Source: Candidatus Parcubacteria bacterium (GTDB lineage: Bacteria > Patescibacteriota > Patescibacteriia > UBA1558 > GWA2-36-10). From it: 64,000 nt of DNA. The notes beneath the pieces were generated by a model. It made no database searches. It saw nothing but the letters and a program-made list of their open reading frames with translations, and was not told the DNA's origin. Within the stretch, counting starts at the first letter, position 1; each line of letters opens with the position of its first letter. Positions 57,600 to 64,000 of the stretch are shown here, piece by piece. The translations under genes were made by a program, and so were the position numbers. The DNA lies in the NCBI GenBank assembly GCA_018669975.1, contig JABHSK010000002.1, positions 5,535 through 69,534 on the forward strand. The letters are read 5' to 3'.

Positions 57600-58382
57600 A
57601 TGGCTATAAATGACTACAAAAAATTCCTCCACTCTAGGCAGTTACATCCTAATACTGTCAAAAATTACCTTTGGCATCTTAATAAATTTTTTAGTTGGCT
57701 TAAAGATGAAAAAATAACTGAAACAAAATTAAAAGATTATCACCAATTCATGATAAGCAATCATCCAAGAATAAATACCATTAATCTTAGATTCATTATT
57801 TTAAACAACTATCTCAAATTTTTACAAAAAAGATTCCGCTTTGAATTATTATCACCAGAAGATACTAACTTGATTATACTGACAGATGATCAACTGCAAA
57901 CATTTTTGGACAAGCCACTAAAACATCAGGGCAACACCAATCTTCGAGACAAAGCTCTGTTGGAGTTATTGTATTCTACTGGAATAAAAGTTGGTCAAAT
58001 AGTTCAGCTTAAAAAACAATATATTGATGAAATAACTAAAGAATTGATATTACCTGATAAAAAACATATAGCCATTAAACCTCTAGCTTGGTTTCACTTA
58101 GATAAATATTTAAACACTCGTCATGATAATAGTCCCTGGCTGTTTATCAATCTAGATCGAGCTAAAAAAGCTGATGATAACAACCTGTCTGTTAGGTCAG
58201 TGGAAAGAATTATTGAGAGATATGCAAAACTAATGATTCCTATATTAAAAATTAATCCTCAGATACTTAGAAATACTCTAGCACATACACTAAAGTTGGA
58301 AGGCGCACAAAAAGAAAACATTAGAACTTCGCTACATTTCAAAACTAAGACTGGTGCTGATAATTATCTTAAAAAAATTTAA
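57600..58382 (+). CDS. tyrosine recombinase (XerD/integrase family) homolog with R->K and H->Q substitutions at catalytic positions
   Basis: N-terminal SAM-like domain; RDKALLELLYSTGIKVGQ (K in place of box I Arg), ILRNTLAH (Q/N in place of His of HxxR), LHFKTKTGADNYL (His and Tyr present). Confidence 0.6.
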   Translation: MAINDYKKFLHSRQLHPNTVKNYLWHLNKFFSWLKDEKITETKLKDYHQFMISNHPRINTINLRFIILNNYLKFLQKRFRFELLSPEDTNLIILTDDQLQTFLDKPLKHQGNTNLRDKALLELLYSTGIKVGQIVQLKKQYIDEITKELILPDKKHIAIKPLAWFHLDKYLNTRHDNSPWLFINLDRAKKADDNNLSVRSVERIIERYAKLMIPILKINPQILRNTLAHTLKLEGAQKENIRTSLHFKTKTGADNYLKKI

Positions 58383-58384
58383 AA

Positions 58385-58930
58385 TTATTTTTGTCTATTA
58401 TACAAACCAATTAACTCTGCTTTTTCTAAAATATGCCCTTCCATGGCCTGCTCAACCTCTAGTTTACTAGCTCCTTCATTTAGACTAATTTCCGTATCTA
58501 GAGCATAAAGTTTAAAAAAATATCGATGTTCACCATCAGGCGGACAAGGACCGTGGTAGTCTAAATTATCACTAGTTCCTTTGCCATGAATGCCGCTAGG
58601 CTCCTGCCCCTCTGGAATTATAGTAGTACTTGGTGGTATGTTCCAAACAATCCAATGATCCCAGACTTTACCAGCTGGCTTGATAGCATCTGGATCATCC
58701 ATTATCAGAACTAAGGATACAGCCTCAACTGGTACATCAAATATTTCTAGAGATGGATTAGTATCTTGAGCATCACAAGTATACTTTTTGTCCATAGATT
58801 GATTATGCTCAAAAGCAGTACTAGTTAGTTTCATAAAACCTTCTTGGTTATTTAATAAATCACTATCCACGACTTGTTGTGTACAGGCTGCAGATACAAA
58901 AGCTACTAAAATTATAACAAAAAGCCTCAT
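58385..58930 (-). CDS. PEBP (YbhB/YbcL) family lipoprotein
   Basis: lipobox VSAAC; YHGPCPPDGEHRYFFKLYALD PEBP signature. Confidence 0.75.
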   Translation of the reverse strand: MRLFVIILVAFVSAACTQQVVDSDLLNNQEGFMKLTSTAFEHNQSMDKKYTCDAQDTNPSLEIFDVPVEAVSLVLIMDDPDAIKPAGKVWDHWIVWNIPPSTTIIPEGQEPSGIHGKGTSDNLDYHGPCPPDGEHRYFFKLYALDTEISLNEGASKLEVEQAMEGHILEKAELIGLYNRQK

Positions 58931-59019
58931 ATATGTTCATTATAACACAAATTTATTAATTTTCACTCGAGTTAAAATTATGCTATAATATATAAGTCTT
59001 AATAATTAACCGTTTAGAT

Positions 59020-59157
59020 ATGGAAGAAAAATGTCCAACTTGCGGTAATACCCCATGCACTTGTCTCCCAGAAGAAAGTTGCGATTCATGCGGAGGTAAA
59101 AAATGTAATTGTACAAGTGAGTGTACATGCAGCGGTGGCAAATGTACCTGCAGTTAA
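59020..59157 (+). CDS. metallothionein-like 45-aa peptide with 12 Cys (not in ORF track)
   Basis: MEEKCPTCGNTPCTCLPEESCDSCGGKKCNCTSECTCSGGKCTCS; followed 13 nt later by a strong terminator. Confidence 0.5.
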   Translation: MEEKCPTCGNTPCTCLPEESCDSCGGKKCNCTSECTCSGGKCTCS

Positions 59158-59170
59158 TACCACAACAAAA

Positions 59171-59196
59171 AATTCCCGTTTCGGGAATTTTTTTAT
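59171..59196 (+). terminator. rho-independent terminator
   Basis: aattcccg-ttt-cgggaatt perfect 8-bp stem followed by TTTTTTT. Confidence 0.7.
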
Positions 59197-59600
59197 TGAC
59201 TTAAATTTTCTATTATCACTTGTCGACTTCTGGGTTTTTCATCAAAATCTATCAAGACTATCTGCTGCCATGTACCTAACATCATCTTACCATCTTTAAT
59301 TGGTACCAATAAATCAGGACCTATCAAGGCTGCCTTTATGTGCGCTGCTCCATTGGCATCCCCCCATTTTTTATGGTGCTTGTAATCAGCCTGCTCTGGT
59401 GCCATGTTTTCCAAAACATTTTTAATATCTTCAATTACCCCATTTTCATATTCTATCATAGTTAATGCAGCTGTAGTGCCAGCCACAAATACCAACACCG
59501 CTCCACTGTTAATTGATGCCTGCTCTATCTGTTTAGTCACCTGTTCTGTAATATTTACAAAATCATAATGACCCCTAGTATCTACTTTTATAATACCCAT
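59193..59600 (-). CDS. YjbQ/UPF0047 family protein
   Basis: 135 aa; VLVFVAGTTAALTMIEYENG...HIKAALIGPDLLVPIKDGKMMLGTWQQI pattern of the family. Confidence 0.7.
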   Translation of the reverse strand: MGIIKVDTRGHYDFVNITEQVTKQIEQASINSGAVLVFVAGTTAALTMIEYENGVIEDIKNVLENMAPEQADYKHHKKWGDANGAAHIKAALIGPDLLVPIKDGKMMLGTWQQIVLIDFDEKPRSRQVIIENLSQ

Positions 59601-59698
59601 ACATTGTCATTATACTACAAACTTGACTTTTATAATATTTAATACTAAATTACTATAGTCCTATTAGTCCTTTATTCATCATAATCAGGAGGTCCGCG

Positions 59699-59875
59699 AT
59701 GGCTAAGAAAAAGTTTGACATTCTATTTAATGGTGACGATGGCGCCAAAAAAGTCGGCTCAGCCGAAGCAACTACTGCACAGGGTGCCGTCAAAGAATAT
59801 TGCCGTCGTAGCGGTGCTGCTCAACTCTCCTGCGTCTGTCGCAGACTAACTGCCAAAGAGACGGAAGAGAAATAA
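59699..59875 (+). CDS. GC-rich 58-aa hypothetical protein (not in ORF track)
   Basis: AGGAGG 6 nt before ATG; MAKKKFDILFNGDDGAKKVGSAEATTAQGAVKEYCRRSGAAQLSCVCRRLTAKETEEK; own terminator; codon usage unlike neighbours. Confidence 0.4.
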   Translation: MAKKKFDILFNGDDGAKKVGSAEATTAQGAVKEYCRRSGAAQLSCVCRRLTAKETEEK

Positions 59876-59881
59876 AATTCG

Positions 59882-59906
59882 GGCTACCCCCAGGGGTAGC
59901 TTTTTA
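59882..59906 (+). terminator. rho-independent terminator
   Basis: gctacccc-ca-ggggtagc followed by TTTTT. Confidence 0.5.
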
Positions 59907-60515
59907 TATCTTTAATAAATTTAATTTTTTTGCTAATTTATCATAATCAAAATCAGCTGCTGATACTCTAATAATATTTGATCGGGCTAACTCCTGCTCA
60001 GCATCATTATTAAAATAATTAATGTGCGCTTGGTTAACCTTGAAAAAACTATCCATAACATTAGCCTCAAAGCCTCGACCCCTACCCAACACTCTTTCCT
60101 TAACCAATTCATCACTAGCTTCCAAATAAATTATATAATCTGGCAAATGTAGAGATTGATTGGCCAGTCTTATCAAATCACGAACTAGATCCTGCTCTGC
60201 TCGATTATTATAAATAATATCATTTATAAAAAATAAATTTGTCAGCCAAAAAGTATCTAAGACCACATGATGCGCTTGATCTTTTAGAGTCAATGCTTGA
60301 TTGTACTGATCTATATTTTGATTATGAAAATATAAAGTAGTTTGCAACCTATTTTTGTTCTGAGAAATATTTTCTTTAACAAATTCTGGCAAGTCACCTT
60401 CTTCACCTTCTAGGAAAGCCGTAACCCTGTACTTATCTTTTAGATGCCGAACAAAAGTACTCTTACCTACTGATGGAGCACCTACTACTGCTATAATTTT
60501 ACCTGGTCTATTTTT
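59904..60515 (-). CDS. deoxynucleoside kinase family P-loop kinase (start likely internal MKNRPGK)
   Basis: Walker A GAPSVGKST; LID-like RVLGRGRGFE; ORF track extends 22 codons further upstream (to 60581). Confidence 0.6.
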   Translation of the reverse strand, partial: KNRPGKIIAVVGAPSVGKSTFVRHLKDKYRVTAFLEGEEGDLPEFVKENISQNKNRLQTTLYFHNQNIDQYNQALTLKDQAHHVVLDTFWLTNLFFINDIIYNNRAEQDLVRDLIRLANQSLHLPDYIIYLEASDELVKERVLGRGRGFEANVMDSFFKVNQAHINYFNNDAEQELARSNIIRVSAADFDYDKLAKKLNLLKI

Positions 60516-60649
60516 CATATACACCCATTCTATCATATAAGCTAAAACCGCAACAAGCTCCAATGTTGACACGTCTATCATTTTCTACTAAAATACTATG
60601 TTCTTTCAAAAATCCTTAATCACCAACAACTCCTTCCAAGGATCAAAGC

Positions 60650-60820
60650 ATGAGAAAACTACTGTCTATCATTGTCCTAATCCTGCTATTCAAATTTATA
60701 CTCTGGCCTATAGTTGGTATGTTTTTTGCCGTTAGCTTCTTAGTGGGTCGCCTATTGATTGCAATCCTGGTAGCTGCGCTTTTGGCGGCACTCTTCAAGA
60801 TTATACAAAAAATCCTGTGA
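60650..60820 (+). CDS. possible 56-aa 2-TM membrane peptide (not in ORF track)
   Basis: MRKLLSIIVLILLFKFILWPIVGMFFAVSFLVGRLLIAILVAALLAALFKIIQKIL; followed by hairpin + T-run at 60832..60860. Confidence 0.3.
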   Translation: MRKLLSIIVLILLFKFILWPIVGMFFAVSFLVGRLLIAILVAALLAALFKIIQKIL

Positions 60821-60867
60821 GTGCATGTTATCCCTCGAATTTAAAAGTTCGGGGGTTTTTATTATCA

Positions 60868-60896
60868 TTGACAAAAGAATGTAAATTACCTAATCT
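60868..60896 (+). promoter_or_regulatory. sigma70-like promoter TTGACA-17-TAATCT
   Basis: upstream of the prs-like gene; SD AAAGGAGA before ATG 60968. Confidence 0.4.
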
Positions 60897-60967
60897 ATCA
60901 GCATAAAGCAATTCTTAGTTCGTTCAAAAATACCACGTTATAAAACCACGTCCAAAGGAGATTCATA

Positions 60968-62017
60968 ATGCTGGACACTAGTGAATTTGTCACCATCAGC
61001 GGCACAGGCAACCACACTCTAGCCAGAGGTATCATTAGTATCGTCAACGAGATCACTCCGGTTGGTCAAAAAGACCTAACCTTTGCTCATCTCGATTATG
61101 ACGAATTTCCAGATGGAGAACCGGACTTCCGCATCCAGGATTTTGAGGGCATCGAGGGTAAGCATGTACTTATCTTCAACAGTTGTCATGATCAAGAGAT
61201 GCTGGAAGAGTTCAGGACTCTAGTCTGGGCAGCCAAACATCAATATGGCGCAAACTCAGTCACAGGCATCATACCTTTTATGCGCTACCGGCGACAGGAT
61301 CACGCTGAAAAAAGACATGAAATCAACCGCAACCGTATGTTGATCCATGGCTTGGCAGCTGCTGGAGTTAATCGCCTCATTGTTTGTGATATTCATTCCA
61401 AGATTACCTTGGAAAATTGCAAAGAGGTTGGCATCAAAGCCTGGAATGTAGATCCTTCGGCTGACTTTGCGGCTGAACTTCAGCCTCTAGTAGAAACAGC
61501 TCAAGCTGAAGGCCGTGAATTTTATATTCACGCTCCTGACATTGGGTCTATCCCTAGGGCAGTTGCACTAGCTAAAATTGTGAATGCCAAGGTATCGGCC
61601 AATCCCAAAGAACGGTTGCCTAATGGCGAAACCAAAATTGTTGAAGATCCAGCAGAGCTGAAAGCAATCCAAGAACAATATGATATTGAAATTGTTTTTG
61701 CTGACGAAAAACTAGCTGGAGCTGAAGTTTGTATCCGTGAGGATGAAGCTGCTACAGGAGGCACTGCCAATGGATCCGGACACAAGTTACTGCGGCTAGG
61801 CGCTTACAAGGTACACTTTTGTGTTACTCATCCAGTCTGCACTCCGGGTTGGAAGCGCAAATTGTTCAGCAATAATCCTTTTGACCTTGTCATGTTCGGT
61901 AATACTATTGAGCGGCACAACCGCTATAAATCTACTACCGGCGGCATAGTAACGCGGATAGATCTATCCAAGGTTATTGCCCATAAGCTTTTCGAAGTTA
62001 TGAAGAGCATCAAATAA
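60968..62017 (+). CDS. ribose-phosphate pyrophosphokinase (Prs/PRTase)-like protein, GC-rich (about 47%)
   Basis: FPDGEPDFRI..GKHVLIF...IIPFMRYRRQDH...NRLIVCDIHS mirrors Prs motifs F.DGE..V.I..RG.DV.II, VIPY.GYARQDR, DRV...DLH; divergent C-terminal PRPP-loop (REDEAATGGTANG). Confidence 0.6.
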   Translation: MLDTSEFVTISGTGNHTLARGIISIVNEITPVGQKDLTFAHLDYDEFPDGEPDFRIQDFEGIEGKHVLIFNSCHDQEMLEEFRTLVWAAKHQYGANSVTGIIPFMRYRRQDHAEKRHEINRNRMLIHGLAAAGVNRLIVCDIHSKITLENCKEVGIKAWNVDPSADFAAELQPLVETAQAEGREFYIHAPDIGSIPRAVALAKIVNAKVSANPKERLPNGETKIVEDPAELKAIQEQYDIEIVFADEKLAGAEVCIREDEAATGGTANGSGHKLLRLGAYKVHFCVTHPVCTPGWKRKLFSNNPFDLVMFGNTIERHNRYKSTTGGIVTRIDLSKVIAHKLFEVMKSIK

Positions 62018-62024
62018 CCAAAAA

Positions 62025-62058
62025 CCCCGTCGAGTTCAACTCGACGGGGCCTTTTTTT
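62025..62058 (+). terminator. rho-independent terminator
   Basis: ccccgtcgag-ttcaa-ctcgacgggg followed by CCTTTTTTT. Confidence 0.7.
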
Positions 62059-62065
62059 ACAAAAA

Positions 62066-63202
62066 TTATTCAGTACAACCTTCTGTTAAATTTATATTCA
62101 CACAAACATTTGACTGACATAGACAATCCTCAGCATTATAAGCTGCAGAACATTCAAATTGTAGCGTACACATCTCTGGTTGTTCATACTGATCTACAAA
62201 ATTAGCATTTATACATTGATGTGGATGACACCCCGGTACTGGCACACAATCTTCATCTGTTACACAAGCTACCTGGCTATCAACATCTGTTCCCTCTACT
62301 TCGGTAGGCATCTCTTCTACTTCTTCTACCACCTCTTCTACAAAAGTAAAGCTATTTAAAAATCTATTATACAAATTCCAATCAACTCTATCATCTGTAT
62401 GTAAAATTCTAATGCTAAATAATTGATCTCCTTTAATGAAATAATAATAATCCCCAGCAAAGACATTGGCAGTTCTCTCTTGTACGAAATGCACAGTTGG
62501 TAATCCAGCAATACTAATATCGCCTCCTTTAGTGAAGCCTGGAAATTGCTTTACCCACTCATTCACATCTGTGTCTGCTGCTGGACGATAATATTGACTA
62601 TTATAATGAATAACGGAAATAGACGGCCAATGATCATCATTATTTAATTCTCCAGTAAACTGCACATTATTATCTGCGGCAAAAGCATTGCAAATACCTG
62701 GATATTCAACTGAATAGGCATGTACATCATTGCTATAGGTTTTCCAATCGATACTATCTATATCAATCTCCTTATGATCAACCTCAGTTGCCACTGGCGG
62801 TATATAACAATCACTTACCATATCCTCTGGAAAATTATATTCTTCAATAGCACTACATGGCACTGCACTAGCACCTTCAAAAACTAATTGCCAATCTTGA
62901 TCTTCCTTGGCTGCCAAAAATAAATACATCTCTTCAGGCTCTTCATTAAATTTTACACTACCGCGAACATAATTATCTGTTTCTTTATGGATAGTAATCA
63001 CTACTTCCTCGCTATCTCTGTTATATTTTTCTGTAAACAAAGCCATAATAGCTTCACTTTTGTCCTCCTCAACAACGGAGTTGGTAAATGAGTTATTATC
63101 ATCTTTCTTATCCTCTGAATCCTTAGAACATCCAGAGATTACAAAAACTGACAAAATAGCTGCCAGCGTCCACAAATAAAAGGTTTTTTTACTAATAAGC
63201 AT
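62066..63202 (-). CDS. Cys-rich lipoprotein
   Basis: lipobox VISGC; 378 aa with acidic and Cys-rich C-terminal module. Confidence 0.6.
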   Translation of the reverse strand: MLISKKTFYLWTLAAILSVFVISGCSKDSEDKKDDNNSFTNSVVEEDKSEAIMALFTEKYNRDSEEVVITIHKETDNYVRGSVKFNEEPEEMYLFLAAKEDQDWQLVFEGASAVPCSAIEEYNFPEDMVSDCYIPPVATEVDHKEIDIDSIDWKTYSNDVHAYSVEYPGICNAFAADNNVQFTGELNNDDHWPSISVIHYNSQYYRPAADTDVNEWVKQFPGFTKGGDISIAGLPTVHFVQERTANVFAGDYYYFIKGDQLFSIRILHTDDRVDWNLYNRFLNSFTFVEEVVEEVEEMPTEVEGTDVDSQVACVTDEDCVPVPGCHPHQCINANFVDQYEQPEMCTLQFECSAAYNAEDCLCQSNVCVNINLTEGCTE

Positions 63203-63433
63203 AGGTTTATGGTATTATTTTCTTAAGATAAACCCTCCTTAACAGCTTAATTATCAGGCTTTTCTACACTTTTGTCAATCTAACTTATCCACTTAATAAA
63301 AAACACCCTAGCTATGCGCTAAGGTGTCTTTATATACTAGATTTTCTAAATTATTCTGGGATGTAATTATCTCCACGATCATAATGCGCCCCTAGTGTTG
63401 GACACTTACGACAACCAGATAAACAATCTTCTG

Positions 63434-63991
63434 TTATTTTTTCTTTTTAACTACTTTTTTCTTAACAACTTTTTTAGGTTTAGCTGCCTTAATTTTTTTC
63501 TTTGCACCAAAAGAACCCATTAATACTTCTTCCAATTTTACAAAGTCCTTAACTGCCATCTCAACTGAGTGGTTATAACTATCAGAAGAAAAAACTACCT
63601 TCTTCACTTTTTCTAACTTCTTTTCCATTACTACCGGCAATTTATAAAGTGAACCAAAGGCGGCCATGGCGTCATTTTTAATCTTGAGCACCTCTCTAGC
63701 AATCTTTTCTCCTGGTATTTTTACCACCTTAACTTCTTTGCCATACTCTTTTTTAATAACTGCTTTTAATTTGTCCATATTTAAATTATGGTCTGCTGGC
63801 AAAAGTACCACAAAATAATCTTTGTCTGCTTTAACCAATAATGACTTAGCTACTTGATCCATCTTTCTTTTCATGGTGTTGGCAGCGTCTATAGCTGTAT
63901 AAACTGTTTTGTGCTCTAAAATGTCATGCTTTATTCCAGCACTATCCAAATGTTTAATTGTCTTCTTTGGAGCTTTAATTTTCTTAGGCAT
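63434..63991 (-). CDS. YbaK/ProX-family aminoacyl-tRNA deacylase-like protein with poly-Lys C-terminal tail
   Basis: KSLLVKADKDYFVVLLPADHNLNMDKLKAVI and GEKIAREVLKIKNDAMAAFGSL blocks resemble YbaK; ends KKKVVKKKK. Confidence 0.45.
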   Translation of the reverse strand: MPKKIKAPKKTIKHLDSAGIKHDILEHKTVYTAIDAANTMKRKMDQVAKSLLVKADKDYFVVLLPADHNLNMDKLKAVIKKEYGKEVKVVKIPGEKIAREVLKIKNDAMAAFGSLYKLPVVMEKKLEKVKKVVFSSDSYNHSVEMAVKDFVKLEEVLMGSFGAKKKIKAAKPKKVVKKKVVKKKK

Positions 63992-64000
63992 ATATTTATT

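Noticed and set aside
57287-62058. Integron-like array (recombinase followed by a string of small individually terminated genes)
   Set aside because: The inter-gene hairpins are followed by U-runs (intrinsic terminators), not attC-like imperfect palindromes. Gene orientations are mixed and the recombinase lacks integron-integrase features.
1-64000. CRISPR arrays, rRNA genes, transposases/IS elements, prophage
   Set aside because: No spaced direct repeats of CRISPR type were seen (the two tandem repeats are short, contiguous and coding). No rRNA-like conserved blocks, no transposase or phage structural motifs were recognised.

Overview
This is a 64-kb window from a low-GC (about 33%), gene-dense bacterial chromosome. 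Genes end almost exclusively in TAA/TAG, and sigma70-like promoters of the form TTGACA(A)-17-TAnAAT are visible throughout. Recognisable housekeeping content includes efp, the rpsF-ssb-rpsR operon, rsmA, tsaC, leuS, infB-rbfA, maf, nrnA, clpP, rny-ymdB, hup, comM, lspA, a dksA-like gene, pnp-rpsO, one tRNA-Ile and an extracytoplasmic thiol-disulfide cluster (thioredoxin, CcdA-thioredoxin fusion, DUF3179). Interleaved with these is a large accessory complement. It comprises a four-gene minus-strand operon (17829->4842) built around a 2717-aa cysteine-rich secreted giant protein and an 896-aa polytopic TrbL/VirB6-like membrane protein; three paralogous membrane-anchored proteins with Pro/Gln-rich N-termini and thrombospondin-type-3-like Ca-binding motifs; several Cys-rich lipoproteins; two cation antiporters; and a LysM/M23 peptidase. 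The overall picture is a surface-interaction arsenal in a reduced genome (possibly a CPR/Patescibacteria-like episymbiont - inference). The most unusual points are a canonical Nudix box inserted in-frame in LeuS; a tRNA-Ile with anticodon UAU; several small GC-rich (45-50%) self-contained cassettes that look horizontally acquired (lipoprotein plus small ORF beside the tRNA, a UGA-interrupted zinc-ribbon ORF, a Prs-like gene, a 58-aa ORF); an unannotated 45-aa metallothionein-like ORF; a tyrosine-recombinase homolog with two catalytic-residue substitutions beside an XRE regulator; and two candidate structured RNAs/leaders (clpP-rny spacer, dksA-lspA leader). All calls are from reading the sequence by eye; no searches were run.
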